Shown here one piece after another: positions 34,560 through 44,220 of a stretch of 64,000 nt of DNA. The stretch covers positions 62,807 through 126,806 of the forward strand of contig OZ242031.1 of NCBI GenBank assembly GCA_965205045.1, in the 5' to 3' direction. Position 1 is the stretch's first letter. Each line of letters opens with the position of its first letter. This stretch comes from Candidatus Rariloculaceae bacterium. Lineage in GTDB: Bacteria > Pseudomonadota > Gammaproteobacteria > Steroidobacterales > Rariloculaceae. The notes below the pieces were generated by a model that did no database searches, was not told the DNA's origin, and saw only the letters and a program-made list of their open reading frames with translations. Position numbers and translations under genes: made by a program.

Positions 34560-35711
34560 TTGTGCGCATGCAGCACTGAACCCATCCACGAAACGCTGGT
34601 GATAGGAGGCGGGATCGTCGGCCTGAGCGTCAGCTGGTTCCTCGCCGAAGCGGGCATGAGCGTGCTGTGCCTCGATGCCGGCCGGGACTCGGGATCCGCC
34701 ACCAATGCCGGCAGCCTGCACGGTCAGATGCAGAGCCGCATGGAACGCCTGTTTCCGGAGCGGATCGAGGATTACCGGCACACGCTGCCCATCTATCCCC
34801 GCGCCATCGACTATTGGGAGGGAATCGCCGGGCGGCTGGGCGAAGACATCGAATTCGCCAACACGGGCGGGCTCATGATCGCCGAAAGCGCCGGACAAAT
34901 GGCGGCTCTGGAGCGCAAGAGCCGAATCGAAGGCGAACACGGGGTCCGCACCCGCCCGATGGGACGGGAGGAATTGCTGAGCATCGCTCCCTATCTCAAC
35001 TCCGGCGTGCACGGCGCCCTGTTCTGCGGGAAGGAAGGCAAGATCAATCCCCTGCTCGCAGCCGACGCGGTGCGCAGGCGGGCCGAAGCCGCCGGCGCCG
35101 CCCTTCGCAACGGCACGGCGCAACGGCTGCAGCCCGGAGGGGCCGGTTACCTGGTAGCCACCGGCCACGCAACCTACCGGGCGGAGCGGGTGGTCATCGC
35201 CGCCGGCACCGGTTCCGGGCGGCTTGCCGCCAGCCTCGGCCTGCGCCTGCCCTGCACCGCCGAACCGTTGCAGATGTGCATCACCGAACCGGCCGAGCCG
35301 CTGATGCACCACCTCATCCAGCACGCTGCGCGGGCCATCACCATGAAACAGCTTGCCAACGGGCAGGTGCTGATCGGCGGCGGCTGGCCTGCGGCCCGGT
35401 CGGGAGATCGACTTCCGCCGGCCGTGCTCTCCGAAAGCCTCGCCGGCAATCTGCGCCTGGCGCGGCACCTGGTGCCCGCCGTCGGCGGGTTGCAGGTGCA
35501 GCGCACCTGGGCCGGCGTCAACACGCTGGTCGATCTGGTCTCGGTTCTCGGCCCCGTGGAATCGCTGCCGGGCCTCTACTTCGCGGTCCCCGGCGATGCC
35601 GGTTTTACCCTCGGTCCCTACTGCGCCCGCCTGGTCGCCGATGCCATTCTGGGCCACTCGACCGACTATCCGCTGGAGCGGTTCTCGATTGCCCGTTTCC
35701 GGAAATCCTGA
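34560..35711 (+). CDS. FAD-dependent oxidoreductase (D-amino-acid-oxidase / HcnC / OoxB-like family)
   Basis: 383 aa with TLVIGGGIVGLSVSWFLAEAG and a DAO-family layout. The TTG start is 3 nt after the sGDH stop. Confidence 0.8.
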   Translation: MCACSTEPIHETLVIGGGIVGLSVSWFLAEAGMSVLCLDAGRDSGSATNAGSLHGQMQSRMERLFPERIEDYRHTLPIYPRAIDYWEGIAGRLGEDIEFANTGGLMIAESAGQMAALERKSRIEGEHGVRTRPMGREELLSIAPYLNSGVHGALFCGKEGKINPLLAADAVRRRAEAAGAALRNGTAQRLQPGGAGYLVATGHATYRAERVVIAAGTGSGRLAASLGLRLPCTAEPLQMCITEPAEPLMHHLIQHAARAITMKQLANGQVLIGGGWPAARSGDRLPPAVLSESLAGNLRLARHLVPAVGGLQVQRTWAGVNTLVDLVSVLGPVESLPGLYFAVPGDAGFTLGPYCARLVADAILGHSTDYPLERFSIARFRKS

Positions 35712-35765
35712 ACTTGCGCCCTCCGGGCATTTGGGTGAAGATGTCGGGAGGGCAATTCGCCATCC

Positions 35766-37121
35766 GTGCAGCGGGCTTTCGGCCGAATGAGCGGTAATTC
35801 GAGCAAGGGAGGAATCACGCGCCGCGCCGCCTTGCGCGGTGCGCTGGCACTGTGTGCCGGTGCTGCCGGCCTGAAATCCCCGCCGGCACGCGCGAACACG
35901 ACCATCCGCTGGTGGTCCACCCAGTCCTCGCCCGAGCAGCTCGCCGCCTACCGATTCCAGATTGCCGCCTTCGAGGCGCAGCATCCCGGCGTCCAGGTGC
36001 TGTTCGAGAGGACTTCGGACGAAGGTTACCCGGCCCAGCTCGCCGCTGCGTTCGCCGGGGGCAACGTGCCCAACCTGGTGACGCACCTGCCCTCCTTCGC
36101 CGTCGCCGACTACTGGCATGCCGGACTGCTGAGCCCGTTCGATCCGGTCATCGAATCCGTCGGAAGCGACCGGTTCTTCGCAGGCACCAACCGGGTCTAC
36201 GAGATCGAGCCCGGCGTGCACGCCGCCGCCGGCATCGGCAACACGGCGGCCAACATGCTGTGGCTGCGCACCGACCTGATGCAGCGGGCCGGAATCGAGA
36301 GCGCGCCGGAAACCTGGGACGAATTCCGCGCGGCCTGCAGGCAGATGCAGGGGCGGGGCATTTACGGCGCGCAACTCCCCTACGCGAGAAACAGCGCCAC
36401 CAGCCTCGTGATCGTCTGCTTCATTCACGGCGCCGGCGGACAGATCCTCTCGCCCGACCTGGACGTCGCGATCGACAGCGACGAGGCGGTCGATGCGCTG
36501 GAGTTCTACCGCTCCATGCGGGAACTCTGCCCGCCCGGCGCCACGGGCTACAGTTGGGGCGAGACCCTGAGCGCATTCGTCAGCGGCGCCACCGCCACGG
36601 GCCTGTATGCCGGCCGCGTCCTGGTGAACGTGAACACCCGCAATCCGCGCCTGACGGATCACATCACCTGTGTCCCGTATCCGACCGTTTCCTCCGAGGT
36701 TCCCCCCTGGACGTTCAACGACTATCCGAGCGTGTTCATTCCCGCGGATGCGCAAGACCAGGAAATGACCCGGCGGTTCGCCGCCTGGCTGTACGAAGGC
36801 GAGGGGTACATCCGTCAGTTGCACGCCACGCCGGGCCACATCCTCCCCGTGCTGCAAACCGCCGCGGAAGACGAGCGATATCTCGATCATGAACTGGTGC
36901 GGCGCTACCGCGACGAGATCGCCCTGATGTCGACCTCGGCCGCCGCCGGCCACAACCTGGGCTGGGAATCCCCCGAACACCGCATCAACGTCAAGGCCGG
37001 GGCACTGGTCAACAGCGGCATACTGGCGGAAATGGTGCAGCGGGTCGTGCTGAACGACGAGCAGCCGCGCACGGTGCTCGCCGACACGGCCCGGCGCATC
37101 GAAACGATCATGAAAGCCTGA
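35766..37121 (+). CDS. ABC transporter substrate-binding protein (family 1 / CUT1-type), Tat-type signal
   Basis: 451 aa. The twin-arginine leader is GITRRAALRGALALCAGAAG...ARA, followed by an SBP_bac_1-like body. The start is GTG 35766 or ATG 35787. Confidence 0.85.
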   Translation: MQRAFGRMSGNSSKGGITRRAALRGALALCAGAAGLKSPPARANTTIRWWSTQSSPEQLAAYRFQIAAFEAQHPGVQVLFERTSDEGYPAQLAAAFAGGNVPNLVTHLPSFAVADYWHAGLLSPFDPVIESVGSDRFFAGTNRVYEIEPGVHAAAGIGNTAANMLWLRTDLMQRAGIESAPETWDEFRAACRQMQGRGIYGAQLPYARNSATSLVIVCFIHGAGGQILSPDLDVAIDSDEAVDALEFYRSMRELCPPGATGYSWGETLSAFVSGATATGLYAGRVLVNVNTRNPRLTDHITCVPYPTVSSEVPPWTFNDYPSVFIPADAQDQEMTRRFAAWLYEGEGYIRQLHATPGHILPVLQTAAEDERYLDHELVRRYRDEIALMSTSAAAGHNLGWESPEHRINVKAGALVNSGILAEMVQRVVLNDEQPRTVLADTARRIETIMKA

Positions 37122-37141
37122 GGCGTCCGGCGCAGGACGAC

Positions 37142-38050
37142 ATGCCTACAACCCGGGCTGCCTCAGCATCGCTCCGCATGCGCTCCCTCGATGCCCGCTA
37201 CGGGCTGCTCGGCGCGCTGCTGATCGCGCCCACCGTACTCGTTTTCTGCACGGTGATCGTCTATCCCCTGGTCTCGGCCATCTACCTCGGCCTTTTCTCC
37301 ATCTATACGCCGACCATGGAAGGCGAATGGGTGGGGCTCGACAACTACCGGAGATTGCTGGCGTCCGGCGAGTTCTGGAGGTCGCTCGCCAACAACCTGA
37401 TCTGGACCGCGGGCACTCTGACCCTGCAAATCGTCTTCGGCATACTCGTGGCGCTGATGCTGCACAGGAACCTGGCATTCCGGGCGTTGGCGAGGAGCCT
37501 GGTGCTGTTCCCCTACTTCCTGTCCACGGTGGTGGCGGTGCTGGTCTGGCGCTGGCTCTTCAACGACCTTTACGGCGTGCTCAATCACCTGCTCCTGTGG
37601 GCCAGCATCGTCGACCTTCCCGTCGACTGGCTCGGTTCCATGCCCAACGCCATGATCAGCCTGATTTTCGTCGGCGCCTGGAAGTATTTCCCGTTCGTGG
37701 TAATCGCGGTGCTGGCGCGACTGCAGGCGATCCCGGACGAACTCTACGAAGCCGCATCCATCGACGGCGCCGGCGCCTGGGCGCGATTCACCGACGTGAC
37801 CCTGCCGCAGTTGCGCGACGTGCTCATCGTCGTGGTGCTGCTGCGCACCATCTGGGACTTCAAGGAATTCGACCTGATATTCCTCCTGACCGGCGGCGGC
37901 CCCATCATCGGCACCCAGACCCTGCCGCTGATGGTGTACAAGGAAGCCTTCGCCCTCAACCAGATGGGGGGCGCCTCGGCTGCCGCGGTGCTCATGATGC
38001 TGATCATGCTGCTGTTCATGAGCCTGTACCTGAGCCGGGCGCAGGACTGA
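37142..38050 (+). CDS. ABC transporter permease (MalF/UgpA-like)
   Basis: 302 aa with six hydrophobic helices and the EAA-type loop EAASIDGAGAWARFTDVTLPQL. Confidence 0.9.
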   Translation: MPTTRAASASLRMRSLDARYGLLGALLIAPTVLVFCTVIVYPLVSAIYLGLFSIYTPTMEGEWVGLDNYRRLLASGEFWRSLANNLIWTAGTLTLQIVFGILVALMLHRNLAFRALARSLVLFPYFLSTVVAVLVWRWLFNDLYGVLNHLLLWASIVDLPVDWLGSMPNAMISLIFVGAWKYFPFVVIAVLARLQAIPDELYEAASIDGAGAWARFTDVTLPQLRDVLIVVVLLRTIWDFKEFDLIFLLTGGGPIIGTQTLPLMVYKEAFALNQMGGASAAAVLMMLIMLLFMSLYLSRAQD

Positions 38051-38054
38051 CGCC

Positions 38055-38894
38055 GTGTCCGCCCCGTCCTCGATCGTCCGCCGCGTCCTGTTCAACGTCT
38101 TTGCCTGGGCAGTGGTTCTCGTCATCGCCTTTCCGCTCCTGTGGATGCTTCTCACCTCGGTGAAGCCTTCCACGGAGCTGTTCGTCATTCCGCCCCGGCT
38201 GCTGCCCGGCGAGATCACCTTCGAGCACTACCGGCGGCTCCTGACGGAGACGCCCTTCCTCATCTACCTCAGGAACTCCGCCTGGCTCGCCGCCGGCACC
38301 ACGCTGGTGGTGATCGCGATCGCCACGCTCGGCGCCCACAGCCTGGTGCGATTCTCCTACCCGGGCCGCGAGCGCCTGGCGCGCCTGGTCCTTTTTACGT
38401 ACCTGCTGCCTTCCGTGGTGCTGATCATCCCCCTCTATCTGCTCATGACGGGCCTCGGGCTTGCCAATACCCTCACGAGCCTGATCATCGCCTACACCAC
38501 CTTCGCCCTGCCCTACGCGCTCTGGCTCCTGCGCTCGTTCATGAAGGCGATCCCCGACGACCTGGAAAGCGCGGCGCTGGTGGACGGCGCCAACCGCATG
38601 CAGGCATTCGTGGACGTCATCCTGCCCCAGGCCCTGCCCGGCATCATCTCCACCGCCATGTTCACCGCCATACTCGCCTGGAACGAGTACTTCTACGCGC
38701 TGGTGCTGGTGAACAACGATGCGGCGCGGCCGCTGACCACCGGGGTCATCAGCATGCTGGTCACTTCGTTCAACATCGAGTGGTCGCTGCTCATGGCCGC
38801 CTCTGTCATGATGAGCCTGCCGCTCATCGTCGTTTTCGCCTTCCTGCAGCGCTACCTCACCCGCGGGTTCAGCGCCGGCGCGATCAAGGGTTGA
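38055..38894 (+). CDS. ABC transporter permease (MalG/UgpE-like)
   Basis: 279 aa with the EAA-type loop ESAALVDGANRMQAFVDVILPQA. GTG start 4 nt after the previous stop. Confidence 0.9.
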   Translation: MSAPSSIVRRVLFNVFAWAVVLVIAFPLLWMLLTSVKPSTELFVIPPRLLPGEITFEHYRRLLTETPFLIYLRNSAWLAAGTTLVVIAIATLGAHSLVRFSYPGRERLARLVLFTYLLPSVVLIIPLYLLMTGLGLANTLTSLIIAYTTFALPYALWLLRSFMKAIPDDLESAALVDGANRMQAFVDVILPQALPGIISTAMFTAILAWNEYFYALVLVNNDAARPLTTGVISMLVTSFNIEWSLLMAASVMMSLPLIVVFAFLQRYLTRGFSAGAIKG

Positions 38895-38904
38895 GGCGCC
38901 AACG

Positions 38905-39996
38905 GTGTCACGTATCCGCTTCGAGAACGTCAGCAAGCGATTCGGCGGCGTCACCGCCGTCGATGACCTGAGCCTCGAGATCGAGTCGGGCGAATTCGTC
39001 AGCATCCTGGGCCCGAGCGGCTGTGGCAAGACCACGCTGCTGCGCATGCTGGCCGGCCTCGATCGCCCGACCGGGGGGACGATCTCCATCGGCGGGAGGG
39101 TGGTCAACGAACTCGCCCCGGCACAGCGCAATGTCGCCATGGTGTTCCAGACCTACGCCCTCTACCCGCACATGACGGTGGCCGGCAATATCGAATACCC
39201 GTTGCGCAAACGCCGCGTTGCGAAGGACGAGCGGGTCCGGCGGGTGCGGGAAGCCGCAGCCGTGCTGGAACTCGAAGCGCTGCTCGACCGCAAGCCCCGG
39301 GAACTGTCCGGCGGCCAGCAGCAGCGGGTGGCACTCGGCCGGGCACTGGTGCGCGACCCGGCGGTCTTCCTGCTCGACGAACCCCTGTCCAACCTCGACG
39401 CGAAGCTGCGCACGCACATGCGCGCGGAACTGATCCGCCTGCACCGCCGCATCGGCCGCACCATGGTCTACGTGACCCACGATCAGCTCGAGGCCATGAC
39501 CATGTCACAGCGCATCGCCGTGCTGCGTGACGGCAGGCTGCAGCAATTCGCCCCCCCGCGGGACGTATATGCACGGCCCGGCAACGACTTCGTCGCCGGC
39601 TTCATCGGCACGCCGTCCATGAACTTCCTGGACGGCCGCCTGGAGGGCACCGGCTCGGGCCGGACATTCCGGTGCGGCGATGTCTCGCTCCCGGTCGGCA
39701 TGCTGCCCCTGGCCGAAGAAATGCCGGAGCCGGACCGGCGGGTCCGGCTCGGCATACGTCCCGAGCACATACAAATCGATAAGGAGGGCGAGGCCGCGCG
39801 CGTAAGTCTGGTCGAACCCACTGGACACGAGACGATCCTGGTGTTCGACTATCGGGGAAACGAACTCGTCGCCCGCATGGACGGGGATGTCGCCCTCGAG
39901 TCCGGCGATACGGTGAAACTGGCGTTCCGCGCGGATAAACTGCGCCTGTTCGCGGCCGCGGACGGCAGGCGGCTGAACGACGATTCGACGGCATGA
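38905..39996 (+). CDS. ABC transporter ATP-binding protein (MalK/UgpC-like)
   Basis: 363 aa with Walker A GPSGCGKTT, signature LSGGQQQRVALGRAL, Walker B VFLLDEPLS and a C-terminal TOBE-like regulatory domain. Confidence 0.93.
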   Translation: MSRIRFENVSKRFGGVTAVDDLSLEIESGEFVSILGPSGCGKTTLLRMLAGLDRPTGGTISIGGRVVNELAPAQRNVAMVFQTYALYPHMTVAGNIEYPLRKRRVAKDERVRRVREAAAVLELEALLDRKPRELSGGQQQRVALGRALVRDPAVFLLDEPLSNLDAKLRTHMRAELIRLHRRIGRTMVYVTHDQLEAMTMSQRIAVLRDGRLQQFAPPRDVYARPGNDFVAGFIGTPSMNFLDGRLEGTGSGRTFRCGDVSLPVGMLPLAEEMPEPDRRVRLGIRPEHIQIDKEGEAARVSLVEPTGHETILVFDYRGNELVARMDGDVALESGDTVKLAFRADKLRLFAAADGRRLNDDSTA

Positions 39997-40087
39997 CTGA
40001 TGCAGCGTCACGAGAAAGCGGTGGCCGGGGGAGTACCCGGCTCACGTGAGCCGGTCGATCCGCGACCAGGAGGGAAGGGAAGGGAGC

Positions 40088-40990
40088 ATGAACAGAGACA
40101 GTGTGGACTGGTGGGGGCCCATGTCGGCCGTCATCACGCCGTTCGACGCAGCGGGCGGCATCGATGCCCGCGCGCTGGAGGAGAATATCGACCGCACCCT
40201 TGCCGCTGGCGGCACCGGCGTGCTCGTCGGCGGGTGTACGGGCGAATTCTGGTCGCTCTCCCACAAGGAGCGCTGCCGGTTGTACCGTATCGGCGCCGGG
40301 AGTGCCGCGGGGCGCGGAACGGTGATCGCAGGCGCGGGCTCGGTGACCGTTGCCGAAACCGTGAGCCTCGCCCGGGCAGCGCAGGACGCCGGCTGCGATG
40401 CCGCGCTGATCCTGCCGCCCTACTTCATCCGCCTGAACGACGACGAGATCTTCGAGCATTTCCGGGAGGTCGACGCGGCGATTTCGTTTCCCATCGTGCT
40501 GTACAACATTCCCGGCAACGCCGGCAACGCCATCACGCCGGAACTTGCGGTGCGCCTGGCGGAGCTCGACAACGTGGTCGCCATCAAGGAAAGCGCGGGC
40601 GACTGGAACAACTTCTACGCCACGCTCATCGCCGTGCGCGAGGAACTGCGGGTGTTCTGCGGACCCTCGTCGATCTACGGCGTGCCGGCGGTGGCCGCCG
40701 GCGCCGACGGTTTCATCGACCTGTTTCCGAACGTGTGGCTGCCCGGATCGGTGGACCTGTTCCACGCCGCCAGCGGCGGGCGCCTGGAGGAAGCCCGGGC
40801 GCTGCAGGAGACCGGCCGGCGCCTGACCGACCTCTTCACCAGCGGCGGACGGTCCCTGTATCCGGCCACCAAGGCCGCCATGGCCCGGCTCGGTTTCGCC
40901 GCTGGCGATCCCCGGCCGCCGTTGCGCCCCGTCACCGGCAGATCGCTCGAGGAGTTGCACGCGGGCCTTGCCGAACTGAAAATTGCCTGA
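40088..40990 (+). CDS. Dihydrodipicolinate synthase / N-acetylneuraminate lyase family (class I aldolase) protein
   Basis: Motifs are VITPFDAAGGIDARALEENI, GCTGEFWSLS (GxTGE) and the Schiff-base lysine context VVAIKESAGD. The start is taken at ATG 40088 behind a purine-rich tract; GTG 40046 is possible. Confidence 0.85.
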   Translation: MNRDSVDWWGPMSAVITPFDAAGGIDARALEENIDRTLAAGGTGVLVGGCTGEFWSLSHKERCRLYRIGAGSAAGRGTVIAGAGSVTVAETVSLARAAQDAGCDAALILPPYFIRLNDDEIFEHFREVDAAISFPIVLYNIPGNAGNAITPELAVRLAELDNVVAIKESAGDWNNFYATLIAVREELRVFCGPSSIYGVPAVAAGADGFIDLFPNVWLPGSVDLFHAASGGRLEEARALQETGRRLTDLFTSGGRSLYPATKAAMARLGFAAGDPRPPLRPVTGRSLEELHAGLAELKIA

Positions 40991-41013
40991 CCCATAGCAT
41001 AGGAGGACGAACC

Positions 41014-42438
41014 ATGGCCAACGGCGTATATGTGCCCGAATTGCAGCCAAAGGAATACCGGGAGAATTACGGCGAGTTCATCGGAGTCGGCCCGAACGGC
41101 AACCTCTGGGTGGAGGACTGCGATGTCGCCGAACTGGCCGAGAAGTTCGGCACCCCCCTGTTCCTCGTCAGCGAAAGCCAGTTTCGCTACACCTACCGGC
41201 AGTTCCGCGACGCTTTCCGCCGGCATTATCCGGCGGAGTCGCAGATCCTGTTCGCCAACAAGTCGAACAACGGCCTCGCCTACCGCCACATCATGAACCA
41301 GGAAGGCGCCGGCGGCGACTGCTTTGGGGTGAACGAGATGTACCTGGCGCTGCTGGCCGGCACCGATGCCGGCACCCTGGTACTGAACGGCTCCAACAAG
41401 GAGGACGAGGAATTGGAAATGGCCGTGGCCAACGGCCTGTGCATCAATATCGATGCCACCGACGAACTCGACCGCATCGATGCCGTATGCCGGCGGCAGA
41501 ACCGGGACGCCGACGTGGGAATCCGGCTCAAGCTCGACCTCGACCCGCTGGCCGAGCGCGAAGGCGTGGCCATGCACGGCCCCGGCACCCTCAAGGAACA
41601 GAGCGACAGCACCAAGTGGGGCATGACCCGCGAGCAGACCGTGGCGATCGTCAGGCAGGCTCAGCAGATGCCGCATATCCACCTGCGCGAGACCCATTTC
41701 CACCTGAGCCGCATGTCCAACGTGGCCATGGACTTCGCCGTCATGGCCCGGGAGATGGTCACCTGGTCCGGCCACCTCCGCGACCGTACCGGCTGGACGC
41801 CGCCCTGCATCGATATCGGCGGCGGATGGACCTTCGGCAAGTGGTACGGCACCGGCCCGCGCGGCCAGATCGACGACGATTCGGCCCCCACCGCGGACGA
41901 CTACGCGCGCCTTTGCAGCCAGGAGATCCAGGCCGAGGCCAAACGCCTCGGTCTGCCGCTGCCGAAGCTGCGCCTGGAACCGGGCCGGTCGCTGTCCGGC
42001 CCCTCCGGCGTCACGGTGGGCCGGGTCGGCGCGGTCAAGCAGGGTGCGAAGAAGAAGTGGGTCAACCTGGACCTCTCCACCAATCACCTGTCCTGGTCCT
42101 CGGCGCTCGACTGGTACTACCACCCGGTGCCGGTGGTCGGCGCCACGGCCGAGCGCACCGAGACCGTGGACCTGGTGGGCCCGTTATGCAACTCGGACGA
42201 ACTCGGGCCCCATGTGCGCATGCCGGCGCTGGAACGCGGCGACTACGTGGCCTTTCTCGATACCGGCGGATATACGGAGCCGTGCGCGGCGCGGTACAAC
42301 GCCCAGTTGCTGCCGGCCACCGTTCTGGTCTCGGGCGGCCGGGCGGAAGTCACCACCGCGCGGGAACAACTGCAGGACATCGCCGGACGCTTCCGGGTCC
42401 CGCCGCGCTTGCTGGCGGCATCCTTCGTGCGGCAGTAG
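41014..42438 (+). CDS. PLP-dependent decarboxylase, Orn/DAP/Arg decarboxylase family 2 (LysA-like)
   Basis: The start is set at ATG 41014, behind an AGGAGG SD. Motifs are the PLP-lysine motif ILFANKSNN, IDIGGGW and GPLCNSDELG. The first 338 codons of the listed 812-aa ORF are an artefactual extension. Confidence 0.88.
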   Translation: MANGVYVPELQPKEYRENYGEFIGVGPNGNLWVEDCDVAELAEKFGTPLFLVSESQFRYTYRQFRDAFRRHYPAESQILFANKSNNGLAYRHIMNQEGAGGDCFGVNEMYLALLAGTDAGTLVLNGSNKEDEELEMAVANGLCINIDATDELDRIDAVCRRQNRDADVGIRLKLDLDPLAEREGVAMHGPGTLKEQSDSTKWGMTREQTVAIVRQAQQMPHIHLRETHFHLSRMSNVAMDFAVMAREMVTWSGHLRDRTGWTPPCIDIGGGWTFGKWYGTGPRGQIDDDSAPTADDYARLCSQEIQAEAKRLGLPLPKLRLEPGRSLSGPSGVTVGRVGAVKQGAKKKWVNLDLSTNHLSWSSALDWYYHPVPVVGATAERTETVDLVGPLCNSDELGPHVRMPALERGDYVAFLDTGGYTEPCAARYNAQLLPATVLVSGGRAEVTTAREQLQDIAGRFRVPPRLLAASFVRQ

Positions 42439-42472
42439 GCACGCGGCACGGAGCCACCGGAGGAGTCACCGC

Positions 42473-43255
42473 ATGGAACTCGGATTGCACGGCCGCAAGG
42501 CCATCGTCAGCGGCGCCAGCAAGGGTCTCGGCAAGGCGTGCGCGCTCTCGCTGGCCAGGGAAGGCGTCGATCTGACGATCATGGCGCGTACCCGGGCCGA
42601 CCTGCGCGCAGCGGCCGATGAAATCGCCTCGGCCACCGGCGTTTCGGTTCAGCCCGTCGCCGGCGATTTCAACGTGGCCGCCGAACGGGCCAGGCTGCTC
42701 GATGCCTGCCCGGAACCGGACATCCTGGTCAACAACCCGGGGGTGCGCCAGGTGCCGACCGCCTACGCCGACATCGGCGAATCGGAGTGGCGCCAATGGC
42801 TGAACGACCATTTCCTGTCATCCGTCACCCTGATACAGCAGGTGGCACCCGGCATGTGCGAGCGGGGTTTCGGGCGCATCGTCAACCTGTCGGTGAGCTT
42901 CATCAAGTTTCCCCAGTCCGGCTTTGCCCACACCCACGCGGCGCGGCTCGCCCTGTCCGGTGCGGTGGCCGCCATGGCGCGCGACCTCGTGCCGCACAAC
43001 GTGACCGTCAACACCGTCTGTCCGGGCCTGTTCGACACCGATGCCCTGCAGACCAACCTGCACGGCCACGCCGAGCGGGGCAACACCACCTATGAAGCCA
43101 TCGTCGAGGACCGCAAGCGGAACTGCCCCGCGGGCCGCTTCGCCGACCCCTCGGAATGCGGCGACCTGGTCGCCTTTCTCTGCAGCGCCCAGGCGGGATT
43201 CATGACGGGCCAGAACATCGTCAACGACGGCGGGGTGTACCAAGGAATCTTCTAG
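42473..43255 (+). CDS. SDR-fold protein with an atypical active-site region
   Basis: Motifs are AIVSGASKGLGKACA, NNPG and GRIVNLSVS. Where YxxxK is expected, the sequence reads FAHTHAARLALSG (Tyr to Thr, Lys to Arg by my manual alignment). ATG 42473 lies behind GGAGGAG. Confidence 0.8.
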   Translation: MELGLHGRKAIVSGASKGLGKACALSLAREGVDLTIMARTRADLRAAADEIASATGVSVQPVAGDFNVAAERARLLDACPEPDILVNNPGVRQVPTAYADIGESEWRQWLNDHFLSSVTLIQQVAPGMCERGFGRIVNLSVSFIKFPQSGFAHTHAARLALSGAVAAMARDLVPHNVTVNTVCPGLFDTDALQTNLHGHAERGNTTYEAIVEDRKRNCPAGRFADPSECGDLVAFLCSAQAGFMTGQNIVNDGGVYQGIF

Positions 43256-43364
43256 TGCCCCATCCAACCGACAACTGCGGACCGGCGACCGCATACCAAC
43301 ATGATCGGTTTGCATTTTGCCGGCCACGTCCGGCCGACGACCGCGGACCGGCGGGCGCAGGCGC

Positions 43365-44102
43365 ATGAGTCAACCCGCCCTGCTCTCTCCCGAGCGCCGC
43401 GTCGTCATGATATCCGGCGCCTCGCGCGGCATCGGCGCGGCCATCGCCACACGCCTCCTGGCCGACGGCTACCGGCTGTCCCTAGGCGTGCGCGATGTCG
43501 GCCGGACCCGCGAGGCGTTCGCCGATGCGGGCAAGGACAACCTCGCCGTCGAGTACTTCGAGGCGAACGAACCCGAGTCGGCCGCCGCCTGGATGGACCG
43601 TACCCTGCATCGTTTCGGCGAACTGCACGTTCTGATCAACAACGCCGGCATCTGGCGCCAGGTGAATTTCGAGGAGGGCGACGAAGCGGCGCTCGACGAA
43701 CTCTGGGCGGTGAACGTCAAGGCCCCGTTCCGCCTCACGCGTCTGGCCCTGCCGCACCTGAAGAAGTGCGGTATCGGCCGTATCGTCAACATTGCCTCCA
43801 CGGACGGCATCCGTTTTCGCGACACGACCTGTTCGATCGGCTACACCATGTCGAAGCACGCGCTGGTCGCCATGAGCCATGCCGCCCGCCATTTCGGCTA
43901 CGACGACGGCGTGCGCGCCACGGCCCTGTGCCCCGGCGCCGTTGCGACCGGCATGGTCGCCAGCGTGCCCGGCGTCACGCCGTTGAGCGAACGGCTGGCG
44001 CCGGAGACGGTGGCGCACACGGTCGCCTGCCTGCTCAGCCTGCCCAACAATGCCTCCGTCGCCTGGATGCCGCTGAACACGCGCCTCGAATCGACGGTGT
44101 AG
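43365..44102 (+). CDS. SDR-family oxidoreductase
   Basis: Motifs are VVMISGASRGIGAAIA, NNAG and catalytic YTMSK. The start is set at ATG 43365. Confidence 0.85.
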   Translation: MSQPALLSPERRVVMISGASRGIGAAIATRLLADGYRLSLGVRDVGRTREAFADAGKDNLAVEYFEANEPESAAAWMDRTLHRFGELHVLINNAGIWRQVNFEEGDEAALDELWAVNVKAPFRLTRLALPHLKKCGIGRIVNIASTDGIRFRDTTCSIGYTMSKHALVAMSHAARHFGYDDGVRATALCPGAVATGMVASVPGVTPLSERLAPETVAHTVACLLSLPNNASVAWMPLNTRLESTV

Positions 44103-44220
44103 GCTGCGCGGTCCGGCCCGTACCGCTGCCAGCGCGCCGATCGTCTGGCCGGAATCCAGAATCTGAACCATCGCCGCTCTTCCCGCGGCCCGAATATTGC
44201 ACCAATAAGGAGGCAAGGCT

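Noticed and set aside
33285-36980. A 1231-aa minus-strand ORF, the longest in the track
   Set aside because: It is antisense to four well-supported plus-strand genes (sGDH, DAO-type oxidase, binding protein and more). Its translation is low-complexity and Arg/Gly/Ala/Pro-rich with no recognisable motif. This is a typical stop-codon-poor shadow frame of high-GC DNA.
40000-41013. The first 338 codons of the 812-aa ORF 40000..42438
   Set aside because: This part overlaps the DHDPS-family gene in another frame and has an Arg/Gly-rich composition. The real decarboxylase begins at ATG 41014 behind an AGGAGG SD.
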